In this document: in pieces, positions 44,054 through 53,453 of the stretch
Numbering within the stretch: position 1 is the stretch's first letter
How the letters are laid out: every line of letters begins with the position of its first letter
NCBI GenBank assembly: GCA_047285305.1
Contig: JBJBDL010000003.1
Span: forward strand, 640,001-704,000
Origin: Synechococcus sp.
GTDB taxonomy: Bacteria > Cyanobacteriota > Cyanobacteriia > PCC-6307 > Cyanobiaceae
Reading direction: 5' to 3'
DNA: 64,000 nt
Program-made: the position numbers and the translations under genes
The notes under the pieces: generated by a model
What the model saw: only the letters and a program-made list of their open reading frames with translations
Told to the model about the DNA's origin: nothing
The model's database searches: none

Positions 44054-45247
44054 TCACAGAGCCTCGCTTTCGAGCGCCAAGAAATGTTGGGCCTCCTTCA
44101 GCGCCTCGCTTGAGGTCTGGATGCGTCCAAAGGCATGTTCAAGTTTCAGATGATGCAGCAGGCGTCCGAGAAGAGGGCCGGGTTCGATCTCCAGGGCCGT
44201 GAGCAGGCCGTTGCCGTCGACCGGAGTTCTGGGGTGGAACAGAGGATCCTTCGCGTTGCGCCATCGACGCAGCCAGATTTCTTTCTCGGGCATGGGCAGT
44301 TGCAGGGCCAGGGCGGGGAGATCCCCCTCCAGCTCCTCGTGCAATTGCAGTCGATCGCTCTCGGGTAGCGCGTCGGGTGCCTGAACGGTGCGTTGCTGCC
44401 AGCTCCGCAGCCGTTTGCAGCGCTGGCGCAGGGCGCGACTAGCCCGGAGTTGGCTGAGGCCCTCATCGCTCACCAGGGCCGTTAGCCGCGCCAAGGGCAC
44501 TGCTGCTGCGGCTTCCTCGCTGGTAAGGCCATCGATGTTGCCGGGCGTGGGAGGTTGCCCCCCGGCCGCCCAGGGATGCAGCAACGGCAGGTCCCTTAGG
44601 GCTGCTATCGCGGCGTCAGCGTGTTCGCCCCGCACCAGGCGCTGCAGCTCCGCCAGGATCCGCTCCGGTGCCGCTTCCGGAAGCCGTGCGGCGTGGCGCT
44701 CAATCCACGCCATGGTCTGGCTGGAAATGGTGAGGGGTATTTCCGCCATCAGCCGCAATCCCCTCAGCAGCCGCAGAGGGTCATCGATGAGGTTGGCTGC
44801 CGAGACGGCGGTCAGGCAGCCCTGCTGGAGGTCGCTCAGTCCCCCTGTGGGGTCCCACAGCTCTCCCCATGGCTGGAGCGACACGGCGATGGCATTGAGC
44901 CGGTAGTCGCGCCGCCAGAGGTCGTCTTCGATGCAGTCTCCGTCCTGTCGGGCGATGTCGACCGTCCAGCCCCCAAGCACCAGCCGAGCAATGCTCCGTT
45001 CCGCGTCGAGCACCACACAAGTGCCATGGAGCTCCTGGGCCAAGGCCTTGGTCAGGGCGATGGCATCTGATGGGACCACCAGGTCAAGATCCGGCTGCTC
45101 CTGGAGACGGTCCAGCAAGCCATCCCGAACTGCTCCCCCCACCAGCGCCGTGCCTTCCGGAAGCCGTGCCAGGGGGAGAGGCCATTGGGCTGGAGCCAGT
45201 CGCTCTCGCAGCTGGTCAAGCAATGCGTCGCAGGAGCCTTGGGCCAT
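44054..45247 (-). CDS. tRNA nucleotidyltransferase, probably CC-adding type
   Basis: VGGAVRD, DLD, DDLWRRDYRLNAIA, DDPLRLLRGLR, ERILAEL. Confidence 0.88.
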   Translation of the reverse strand: MAQGSCDALLDQLRERLAPAQWPLPLARLPEGTALVGGAVRDGLLDRLQEQPDLDLVVPSDAIALTKALAQELHGTCVVLDAERSIARLVLGGWTVDIARQDGDCIEDDLWRRDYRLNAIAVSLQPWGELWDPTGGLSDLQQGCLTAVSAANLIDDPLRLLRGLRLMAEIPLTISSQTMAWIERHAARLPEAAPERILAELQRLVRGEHADAAIAALRDLPLLHPWAAGGQPPTPGNIDGLTSEEAAAAVPLARLTALVSDEGLSQLRASRALRQRCKRLRSWQQRTVQAPDALPESDRLQLHEELEGDLPALALQLPMPEKEIWLRRWRNAKDPLFHPRTPVDGNGLLTALEIEPGPLLGRLLHHLKLEHAFGRIQTSSEALKEAQHFLALESEAL

Positions 45248-45279
45248 CAGAATGGGGGGAGTGAACGGCCTCGGGAGGC

Positions 45280-45531
45280 ATGTGCATCTGCGTGGATTGC
45301 AGCTGGGTCGACCGTTGTCAGGCCTATCACGCAGTTGAGCGTCAGCATGGTGTTCCGCATCTGGCCCAGACCCCGGATTTTGAGCCAGATGCGCCCTGTA
45401 TACACGTGTCGGTGATGGATCTCCCCGATGGCCAGGCCGGGATTGAGTGGGATGTGCGTTCCTGCTCCAGCTTCAAGGCGGATCCAGGCCGGTGGCAGCG
45501 TTGCCGTCCTGGGCAGGAGCTGCCCCGATGA
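45280..45531 (+). CDS. ycf34: Ycf34 small Fe-S protein
   Basis: MCICVDCSWVDRCQAYHAVE...EWDVRSC. Confidence 0.9.
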   Translation: MCICVDCSWVDRCQAYHAVERQHGVPHLAQTPDFEPDAPCIHVSVMDLPDGQAGIEWDVRSCSSFKADPGRWQRCRPGQELPR

Positions 45532-46151
45532 CGGCTCCGACACTGCTGCTCGCCCTGCACAGCTGTTCCGACTGCTTTGGCATGGCGCTGCTGGATCCCC
45601 AGCAGCCTGGGGCAGAGCCCCTGGTGCAGGTCCACCCGGATGGCCGGGGCCTTTCCAACAGTTTGATTTCACGGGTTCAGGCGCTCCTCCCGCCGGAGCG
45701 TTGGCCCCAGTTGCAGGGCCTTGCCGTCGCGACGGGACCCGGCGGCTTCACCGGCACCCGCCTCACGGTGGTGATGGCCCGCACCTTGGCGCAACAGCTG
45801 GATTGCCCCCTGCTGGGGGTGAGCAGCTATGCCCTGATGGCCCCTCGCCTGGAGCGGCAACTGCCCCAAGACATGCAGGGGGAACCGTTTTGGATTACCC
45901 AGGAGTTGCCCCGGCGGGGGGTGGTGGGTGGTCAGTACCGGATCACGGCCGGGCAGGTTCACGAACTCAGCCTGCCGACCTTGCTGCCTCAGGGGGCATC
46001 ACCCCAGCCCGCTGTTGAGGTGCAGCTGGATGTGGAATCGGATGTGGCGCGGTTGCTACAGCTGTTGCAGTGCAGCCATGCCGCCGGGGCTGCGATGCCC
46101 TGGGCTGAGGTCCTGCCGATCTACCCCACCTCACCTGTTGGACAGTTCTGA
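45528..46151 (+). CDS. tsaB: t6A biosynthesis protein TsaB
   Basis: LLALHS, AVATGPGGFTGTRL, LPIYP; ATGA overlap with ycf34. Confidence 0.88.
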   Translation: MTAPTLLLALHSCSDCFGMALLDPQQPGAEPLVQVHPDGRGLSNSLISRVQALLPPERWPQLQGLAVATGPGGFTGTRLTVVMARTLAQQLDCPLLGVSSYALMAPRLERQLPQDMQGEPFWITQELPRRGVVGGQYRITAGQVHELSLPTLLPQGASPQPAVEVQLDVESDVARLLQLLQCSHAAGAAMPWAEVLPIYPTSPVGQF

Positions 46152-46726
46152 TGGCGGGCGTGCGTACAGGGCTGCTGCTGGGAGCTGGTCTCATGGCCTG
46201 GCTGTTGGGGCCCGGCCCGCTGTCGCCCTATCGGCGGGCTCTGTTGGATCGCAGCCCGCCCCAGCTGGTGCTGGTGCTGGGGGGGGATGTGGACCGGGAA
46301 CGAATGGGTGCCCGGTTGGCGCGTCAGCTCGATCTACCCCTGCTGGTGAGCGGCGGCAGCAACCGTGAATACGCCGAATGGATGCTCAATGAGGAGCGCT
46401 TCAATCCCGACCGCGCCACCCTGGATTACCGGGCCCGTGACACCCTCAGCAATTTCACGTCTGTGGTGGATGAGCTAAAGGCGGATGGCGTTCGCCATGT
46501 TCTGCTGGTGACTAGCGAAGACCACCTGCCCCGCTCCATGGCGGTGGGCCAGGTGGTGGCCGGCAGCCGCGGAATTCAGCTCACCGGCATTCCCGTGGCC
46601 TGCCGCGAGGACTGCACTCAGGAGGGGCGCCTTAAGCAATGGAGTGATTGGCTTCGCGCGGTGGCGTGGGTGATGACCGGTAGCGACATCAGGGATGCTG
46701 CGGACCCTGATCCAGCAGTGCGTTGA
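46151..46726 (+). CDS. YdcF/DUF218-family protein
   Basis: LVLGG, LVSGG, ARDTLSNF, LVTSEDHLPRS. Confidence 0.85.
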   Translation: MAGVRTGLLLGAGLMAWLLGPGPLSPYRRALLDRSPPQLVLVLGGDVDRERMGARLARQLDLPLLVSGGSNREYAEWMLNEERFNPDRATLDYRARDTLSNFTSVVDELKADGVRHVLLVTSEDHLPRSMAVGQVVAGSRGIQLTGIPVACREDCTQEGRLKQWSDWLRAVAWVMTGSDIRDAADPDPAVR

Positions 46727-47342
46727 TGCGTTCCTGCAGCAGAGCGGTGGTGGCATCAAGATCAGGCCTGCGGCGACTGGCCGGGGCTGGGATGGTGTCG
46801 CCAATGCGCAGCTTAATTGGCACCAGGCGCGGCCAGCTGCGCCCGCTGCCCAAGGCGCGGTGGCTGTTGCAGATGGCCACCGGCAGCAGCGGGGCTCCCG
46901 TGCGAGCCGCCAGCAGGGCTGCTCCGGGGAGTGGGTTGTTGATCCGGCCGTCGCTCTGTCGGGTGCCGTCCAGAAACACCCCCGTGGCCCAGCCCTCTTC
47001 GAGTCGAGCCGTGGCGGTGCGGATCGCTTCGCGATCACTGGCACCCCGCCGCACGGGGTAAGCACCACAGGCCCGGATCACGCGTCCCAGCAGCGGGATG
47101 CTGAACAGTTCCGCCTTGGCCATGAAGGCCACGGGGCGCCCTAGGGCATGGCCCAGCAAGGGCGGGTCCAGGTGCGAGCCATGGTTGGCTACCACCACAA
47201 GTGGTCCTTGCATGGGCACTCGGTTGTTGCCGGCGGTCGATCCGCGGAACAGCAAGCGGAAGACCGGGAACACCAGCAGGCTGCTGACCAGCCGGTAGGT
47301 GAGGCTCGGCTTTGGGGTGCTGACGAGGCTGGAGTGACTCAC
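46689..47342 (-). CDS. plsC: 1-acyl-sn-glycerol-3-phosphate acyltransferase
   Basis: NHGSHLD, FMAKAELF, FLDGTR. Confidence 0.93.
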   Translation of the reverse strand: MSHSSLVSTPKPSLTYRLVSSLLVFPVFRLLFRGSTAGNNRVPMQGPLVVVANHGSHLDPPLLGHALGRPVAFMAKAELFSIPLLGRVIRACGAYPVRRGASDREAIRTATARLEEGWATGVFLDGTRQSDGRINNPLPGAALLAARTGAPLLPVAICNSHRALGSGRSWPRLVPIKLRIGDTIPAPASRRRPDLDATTALLQERINALLDQGPQHP

Positions 47343-48235
47343 TGTCCGAGGTCTCCAGCCCCGGAGATCTGGGCGGTGGTGACCCCGCTCATGCTGCGTT
47401 TGGCCAGGCCGCTGAGCACGTTGCCCGGACCGATTTCCACCAGGGTGTCCACGCCCCTGTCGGTCATCGCCGCCATGGTTTCGCGCCAGCGCACGCCGTT
47501 GGTCATTTGCTGCTTCAGGCGCTGTTTGAGCTCGTCCGCACTGGTGCTGGCGCTTGCGGAGCTGTTGCTGAGCACTGGAACGCGGGCGTCCAGGAAGGGC
47601 AGATTGTCCAGCTCAGCGGCGAAGCGCTCAGCAGCCTCTGCCATGAACGGGGAGTGGAAGGCTCCGGAGACGGCTAGAGGGATGGCGCGCTTGCATTTCA
47701 GGGCTCCACTCACGCTTTCCACGGCCTCGGGAGAGCCAGAGATCACCACCTGCGCATCGCTGTTGTCATTGGCGATGCTGACGCCGTCCGTGGCGGCCAC
47801 CAGGTCGTCCAGCTGAGCGCGATCGAAGCCGATCACGGCCGTCATGGCGCCGCCCCCGGCGTTCGCCATCAGTTCTGAGCGGGTTTTCATCAGCTGCAGA
47901 CCTGTCTCCAGCCCAAACACTCCTGCGCTGTACAGAGCAACCAGCTCGCCCAGACTGTGGCCGGCCGCCAGCGCAGGCTCGCGGCCCTGCTGCAGAAGGT
48001 TGTCGGCCAGCACCGATTCGATCACGAACAAGGCGGGCTGGGTGTTGCGGGTGTCGTTGAGGTCATCCGGCCCATCACCACCGCCGCTTTCCCCCTGGCA
48101 GATCGCCAGCAGGTCTCGCCCCAGCAGCTCGGAGGCCATGGCGAAGCGCTCGCGGCTGCCTTCGATGCTGAGCAGCGCTTCTGCCATGCCCACCTTTTGA
48201 GAGCCCTGACCGGGAAAGACCCAGGCGATTGCCAT
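47339..48235 (-). CDS. fabD: Malonyl-CoA:ACP transacylase
   Basis: FPGQGSQ, TQPALF, GHSLGE, VSGAFHS. Confidence 0.96.
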   Translation of the reverse strand: MAIAWVFPGQGSQKVGMAEALLSIEGSRERFAMASELLGRDLLAICQGESGGGDGPDDLNDTRNTQPALFVIESVLADNLLQQGREPALAAGHSLGELVALYSAGVFGLETGLQLMKTRSELMANAGGGAMTAVIGFDRAQLDDLVAATDGVSIANDNSDAQVVISGSPEAVESVSGALKCKRAIPLAVSGAFHSPFMAEAAERFAAELDNLPFLDARVPVLSNSSASASTSADELKQRLKQQMTNGVRWRETMAAMTDRGVDTLVEIGPGNVLSGLAKRSMSGVTTAQISGAGDLGQ

Positions 48236-48263
48236 TGCTGTGTTCTTCAGACCGTGCCGGAGA

Positions 48264-49283
48264 TTAGGCGGGCCCGCTCCAGCGGAAGAGGGCTGCACCC
48301 CAGCTCAATCCCGCACCGAATCCACTGCTGGCGATGCGGTGGCCGGGTTGGATGCGGCCATCGCGCACGGCTTCATCCAGCATCAGGGGAATTGTGGCTG
48401 CCGAGGTGTTGCCGTAGTGGGCCAGGTTGCTGAGCACTTTTTCGCAGGGCACCGAGAAGCGATCCGCCACGGCATCAAGGATGCGCTGGTTGGCCTGATG
48501 CAGCAGCAGCCAATCCAGGCAATCTGCGGCGACGCCACCCTGAGCAAGCAGCTTCTCGAGAATCGCCGGCACCTCGCGCACCGCGAATTTGTAGACCTCC
48601 TGCCCGTTCATTTGGATGGGGTCGAAGCCCCCGCACTGATGGCTGGCGTCCCCCACCAGGGGCTGGCGCTGGTCCACCTGGGGCAGCTGGAGCACCTCGC
48701 CGCGGCTGCCATCGGAGCGCAACAGGAATTCATCGAGATCGTCCTGGCCGTTCTCTGAGGCCTCCAGCACCACTGCACCGGCCGCATCACCGAAGAGAAC
48801 GCAGGAGCGGCGATCGTCCCAGTTCACCCAGCGGCTGAGTTGATCGGCTCCCACCACGAGGATGCGGCGCATCGCCCCGCTGCGCAGGTACTGGGCAGCG
48901 GTCACAACGGCGAAGAGAAAGCCGCTGCAAGCAGCGGTGAGATCAAAGGCCGCGGCACGGGTGGCGCCGAGGCGCGCCTGCAGCCTTGGCGCCGAACCGA
49001 ACAGGTCGTCTGGGGTGGAGGTGGCCAACAGGATTAGATCGAGGCTGTCGGCCGACCAACCGGCCATCTCCAAAGCCTTTTCCGCCGCCAGTCCGCTCAG
49101 TTCCGCCAGGGATTCGTCGCTGTTGACCACCCGTCGCGCGGCAATGCCTGTGCGACTGCGGATCCATTCGTCACTTGTCTCAACCCGCTGGCCGAGCTCA
49201 GCGTTGCTGATCGAGCGGCTGGGCGTCGCGCTGCCAGACCCTCGGAACAACACCCCCCTGGTTGTGCTGAGCGGCTCGACCAA
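48264..49283 (-). CDS. fabH: 3-oxoacyl-ACP synthase III
   Basis: AACSGF, HQANQRI, GNTSAA, GFGAGLSWG. Confidence 0.96.
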   Translation of the reverse strand: MVEPLSTTRGVLFRGSGSATPSRSISNAELGQRVETSDEWIRSRTGIAARRVVNSDESLAELSGLAAEKALEMAGWSADSLDLILLATSTPDDLFGSAPRLQARLGATRAAAFDLTAACSGFLFAVVTAAQYLRSGAMRRILVVGADQLSRWVNWDDRRSCVLFGDAAGAVVLEASENGQDDLDEFLLRSDGSRGEVLQLPQVDQRQPLVGDASHQCGGFDPIQMNGQEVYKFAVREVPAILEKLLAQGGVAADCLDWLLLHQANQRILDAVADRFSVPCEKVLSNLAHYGNTSAATIPLMLDEAVRDGRIQPGHRIASSGFGAGLSWGAALFRWSGPA

Positions 49284-49310
49284 AGCGGAGGTTGATTGAC
49301 GTCGCGTCAG

Positions 49311-50630
49311 TCAATCACAACCCTGTTGCAGCATGGCGAGATCCGCCATCACCCCATGGCTGGCTGCGGAGTGGGCAATGCGCAGGGCACTGACCACGGA
49401 GAGGGCCTTGCTGCTGCCGTGGCCGATCACGGAAATGCCGTTCACGCCAAGCAACAGAGCACCACCGTGCTCGGCATGGTCGAGCCGCTTCTTGATGCGC
49501 TTCAGGTTGCTGCGCAGAAACGCTGATCCCACCTTGCCGCGACGCCCTCGGGGCAACTCCGCCCGCAGCACCCCCAGCAGAACACTGCCGACGGACTCCA
49601 GGAACTTAAGCAGCACATTGCCGGTGAATCCATCGCAGACCACCACATCGAAGTCGCCCGAAAGCACATCCCGGCCTTCGCAGTTGCCGGCGAAGTGGAG
49701 CCTGGATTCGTCCCGCAGCAATTCGTGGGTCTTCAAGGAGAGATCGTTCCCCTTGCACTCCTCCTCGCCAATGTTCAGCAGGCCGATGCGTGGCCGTTTT
49801 ACCTGAAGCACATCCCGGCTGTAGATGTTCCCCAGCAGGGCGAACTGGTGCAAGTAGGTGGGTTTGCAGTCCATGTTGGCGCCCACATCGAGCACCAATA
49901 CCGGCTTGCCTGGATCTTTGGTGGGGAACAGGGCACCGATGGCGGGGCGGTCGATGCCCTTCAGCCGTCCCAGCCGAAAAATCGCCGAGGCCATCACAGC
50001 CCCGGAATTGCCGGCGGAGTAAACCGCCCCGGCCTCGCCTTTCTTCACGAGGTCCATGGCCACATTGATGCTGGCGTCCCGTTTGCGCCGCACCGCCGTA
50101 GCTTCGTCATCCATGCCGATGGAGGGCCCACTGGCCACCAGGTCCAGATGTCCTGCCGCACGCGCACTCTCCAAGGCTTCGCAAAGGCCGAGGTTGTTGG
50201 CGGCAGCCATCACCCGGTCGATCTCCCCCACGAAGCGGATCTTCAGCGGCAGCCGGTCAATAGCGTCCAGGCATCCCTCCAGGATCGGCCCCGGCGCATG
50301 GTCACCGCCCATGCCATCCACAGCCACCCAGAGGCGCTCCTCATCGTCGATCTGATCTGTATCGGTGCCCCCTTGCAACCAGCGGAGGGGATCAAACACC
50401 AGCGGTTGAAGCACGCTGCTGGCCACCGTGCCTGCTCCGGAGACAACGGTTTCCGCCACGTTGCCGGCCATCGAACCCGCTGCCGTTGCTGAGCTGGCAG
50501 CGCCATCAACGATTGTTGTGACGGCGGCGTTGCGCCGATACCAAATCACCAGGCGACGGATCGCCCGAGGACGGTTTGTTTTATGCCGCGGCTGAGGGGC
50601 CGGGGTGGGATCAGGGACCTTCGGAGGCAA
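49311..50630 (-). CDS. plsX: Phosphate acyltransferase with N-terminal extension
   Basis: AVDGMGGDHAP, SAGNSGA, LDVGAN, NIGEEECKG, DGFTGN. Confidence 0.95.
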   Translation of the reverse strand: MPPKVPDPTPAPQPRHKTNRPRAIRRLVIWYRRNAAVTTIVDGAASSATAAGSMAGNVAETVVSGAGTVASSVLQPLVFDPLRWLQGGTDTDQIDDEERLWVAVDGMGGDHAPGPILEGCLDAIDRLPLKIRFVGEIDRVMAAANNLGLCEALESARAAGHLDLVASGPSIGMDDEATAVRRKRDASINVAMDLVKKGEAGAVYSAGNSGAVMASAIFRLGRLKGIDRPAIGALFPTKDPGKPVLVLDVGANMDCKPTYLHQFALLGNIYSRDVLQVKRPRIGLLNIGEEECKGNDLSLKTHELLRDESRLHFAGNCEGRDVLSGDFDVVVCDGFTGNVLLKFLESVGSVLLGVLRAELPRGRRGKVGSAFLRSNLKRIKKRLDHAEHGGALLLGVNGISVIGHGSSKALSVVSALRIAHSAASHGVMADLAMLQQGCD

Positions 50631-51357
50631 CGGAATCGACGATGCGCTGGAACAGGTAGCCGGTGCCCCGAGCTGTGAGGATCAACTCGGGATTGGCAGG
50701 ATCATCCTCCAATTTGGAGCGCAGACGGGAGATATGAACATCAACCACCCGGGTGTCCACATGGCGCTCCGGGGTGTAACCCCACACCTCTTTGAGGATT
50801 TCGCCGCGGTTGAACGGTTCGCCAGAACGGCTCACCAGCAGTTCCAACAGGCTGAATTCCATCCCAGTTAAGCGGATGCGTTCATCGCCGCGGAACACCT
50901 GGCGTTTGTTGGTGTCGATGCGCAGGTCGCTGACCTGGATGACGCCTGAGTTGGGAATGCCCGCCACCTGCTCCTTCTCGACCCGGCGCAGCACGCAGCG
51001 GATGCGGGCTTCCAGCTCCTTCGGGCTGAAGGGCTTCACCACATAGTCATCGGCACCGAGCTCAAGCCCGGTGATGCGGTCAGCAACGTCGCCGAGGGCC
51101 GTCAGCATCACGATCGGAACGTCGGATTCCTTACGCAGCTCCTGGCAGACGCCATAGCCGTCCAACTTTGGCATCATCACGTCCAGCACCACCAGGTCGG
51201 GCGTGCAGGTAGGGAACAATTCCAGAGCTTCCGTGCCGTCGCAGGCAGTCACGACGTTGTACCCGATCATGGATAGACGGGTTTCCAGGATCCGTCGGAT
51301 CGATGCCTCGTCGTCGACCACGAGGATCGTTTCCTTGGTGGGAGCCGTGGCCGTCAT
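50611..51357 (-). CDS. rpaB: OmpR-family response regulator RpaB (Ycf27)
   Basis: ILVVDDEASIRRILETRLSMIGY, YTPERHVDTRVVDVHISRLR. Confidence 0.95.
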   Translation of the reverse strand: MTATAPTKETILVVDDEASIRRILETRLSMIGYNVVTACDGTEALELFPTCTPDLVVLDVMMPKLDGYGVCQELRKESDVPIVMLTALGDVADRITGLELGADDYVVKPFSPKELEARIRCVLRRVEKEQVAGIPNSGVIQVSDLRIDTNKRQVFRGDERIRLTGMEFSLLELLVSRSGEPFNRGEILKEVWGYTPERHVDTRVVDVHISRLRSKLEDDPANPELILTARGTGYLFQRIVDSVASEGP

Positions 51358-51447
51358 GGGCACCGAGGCGTTAGTCACTTCTCGCCACAAATAGAAGGGC
51401 AGCCCCCTGATCTGTTCATTCAACGGCAACTTTCTTCACAGTTCGCA

Positions 51448-52845
51448 GTGCCCAAATCCACCGCTGTCTTCATCTGTCAGGTCTGTGGAGCCCGTGCCCG
51501 ACAGTTTTTCGGCCGTTGCTCGGAGTGCGGCAGCTGGAATTCGCTGGTGGAGCAATCCCAGCCCGCCGACGATGGGCGTCGCCGCCGCAGTGCTCCGGAT
51601 CCGGAGCAGGCCGCTGCTCCGCGACGGTCCACGGCCATGGCCTCGCTGGAGGATCAGCCGCTGCAGCGGCTGGCGACCGGGTCGGCGGAATTTGACCGCG
51701 TTCTGGGTGGTGGTTTGGTGCCCGGTTCGCTGGTGCTGGTGGGTGGCGATCCGGGCATCGGCAAGAGCACATTGCTGCTGCAGAGCGCCTCAGCAATGGC
51801 GGCTGGTGCATCAGTGCTCTATGTGAGCGCTGAGGAATCAGCGCAGCAGGTGAAGCTGCGCTGGCAGCGGCTTGCCGGGGGGGCATCGGAGCTGCAGTTG
51901 CTGGCCGAAACCGATCTGGAATTGGTGCTCGAAGAGCTGGAGGCCTTGCGCCCCGCTGTGGCGATCATCGACAGCATTCAGGCGTTGCATGACGCCAACC
52001 TCACCAGTGCGCCGGGGTCCGTCGGTCAGGTGCGTGAATGTGCGGCTGCCCTGCAACGGCTGGCGAAACGCCAGAACATCTCGTTGTTGTTGGTGGGCCA
52101 CGTCACGAAAGAAGGCATGTTGGCCGGCCCGAAGGTGTTGGAACACCTCGTGGATGCGGTGCTCACCTTCGAGGGAGACCGCTTCGCAAGTCATCGCCTG
52201 CTGCGGGCCGTCAAGAACCGCTTCGGTGCCACCCATGAGTTGGGTTTGTTTGAGATGCAAAGCGGTGGCCTGGCCGAGGTGGGCAACCCCAGTGAGCTGT
52301 TCCTCAGCGATGCCCGCGCCTCCGGTGTCGCCACGATCGTGGCATGTGAGGGCACGCGCTCGTTGGTGGTGGATCTACAGGCCTTGGTGAACGTCACCAG
52401 TTATGCCAGTCCGCGACGTACGGCGACAGGGATCGGCACCAACCGTCTGCACCAGATCCTCGCGGTGCTGGAGAAGCACATGGGACTGCCGCTCTCCAGA
52501 TTCGACTGCTATCTGGCCGTTGCCGGTGGCCTGGAGGTGGAGGAACCTGCGGCGGATCTGGGGGTCGCTGCAGCGGTGGTGTCCAGCTTCAGAGATCTCA
52601 CCCTGCCTGCGGGCACGGTGTTGATCGGCGAGCTTGGTTTGGGGGGGCAGTTGCGCCCTGTGGGTCAGCTGGAGCTTCGGCTCCAGGAAGCGGCCCGGCT
52701 GGGGTTCCAGCGGGCCGTCGTCCCCCGGGGCAGTGGCCTGAGCGATCTGGCTTCGGGTTTGGATCTCGCTCTTCTGGAGGCGGACAGCATCACTGAGGCC
52801 CTGGTTCTGGCGCTCGGTGATGCCGTGCAGCTCGACCAGGACTGA
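51448..52845 (+). CDS. radA: DNA repair protein RadA/Sms
   Basis: Zn finger CQVC...CSEC, GDPGIGKST, KNRFG. Confidence 0.96.
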   Translation: MPKSTAVFICQVCGARARQFFGRCSECGSWNSLVEQSQPADDGRRRRSAPDPEQAAAPRRSTAMASLEDQPLQRLATGSAEFDRVLGGGLVPGSLVLVGGDPGIGKSTLLLQSASAMAAGASVLYVSAEESAQQVKLRWQRLAGGASELQLLAETDLELVLEELEALRPAVAIIDSIQALHDANLTSAPGSVGQVRECAAALQRLAKRQNISLLLVGHVTKEGMLAGPKVLEHLVDAVLTFEGDRFASHRLLRAVKNRFGATHELGLFEMQSGGLAEVGNPSELFLSDARASGVATIVACEGTRSLVVDLQALVNVTSYASPRRTATGIGTNRLHQILAVLEKHMGLPLSRFDCYLAVAGGLEVEEPAADLGVAAAVVSSFRDLTLPAGTVLIGELGLGGQLRPVGQLELRLQEAARLGFQRAVVPRGSGLSDLASGLDLALLEADSITEALVLALGDAVQLDQD

Positions 52846-52846
52846 T

Positions 52847-53368
52847 TCAGAAGTAAACGTCGACGTTGCTGCGGCCCGTGGACTTCAGCCAGTTCTCGAT
52901 ATCCAGATAACCGCCGGGATTGAGGCGCACTGCCTGGGTCCAGACATCAGCGGCCTGGTCAAACCAGCGATCTGCTGCGTCCTGTTCACCGCTTTCCTCG
53001 GCGATGCGGCCCCACTTTTCGTAGATCAGCCCCATGTTCTTTAGGCAGGAGGGCTGGTTCGGGTTTTCCTCGAGTGCCTTGCGATAGGTCTCGATCGCCC
53101 GCTCCTCCTCGCCGTTGGACATGTAGATGATGGCCATGTTCTTGAGGGTTTCGCTCCGGTCGGTGGAGTTCTCCTCAAGCTTCAGGGCCTCCTCGTAGTT
53201 CTCCAATGCCTCGGCGTAGTCACCATCGTTCTGGGCGGAGAGGCCATCCCGGTAATAGACGTAGGCCTCCTTGGAGCGGGCATTGATCGGCAACAGCTTG
53301 ACGATCAGGTCCGCCATCACCGTGAAGCTCTTGTCAATGAAGTTGTCGTTGCGGTTGCTGCGGGGCAC
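52847..53368 (-). CDS. ycf3: PSI assembly TPR protein Ycf3
   Basis: [37 protein letters not shown]. Confidence 0.97.
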   Translation of the reverse strand: MPRSNRNDNFIDKSFTVMADLIVKLLPINARSKEAYVYYRDGLSAQNDGDYAEALENYEEALKLEENSTDRSETLKNMAIIYMSNGEEERAIETYRKALEENPNQPSCLKNMGLIYEKWGRIAEESGEQDAADRWFDQAADVWTQAVRLNPGGYLDIENWLKSTGRSNVDVYF

Positions 53369-53453
53369 GGCGCTCCGGCGGACGGACCCCCATCCTGACG
53401 GGACCGGAGCCCGACCTAGCCTGCTCGTAAAGATCCCTGTTGCGTAAACACCT

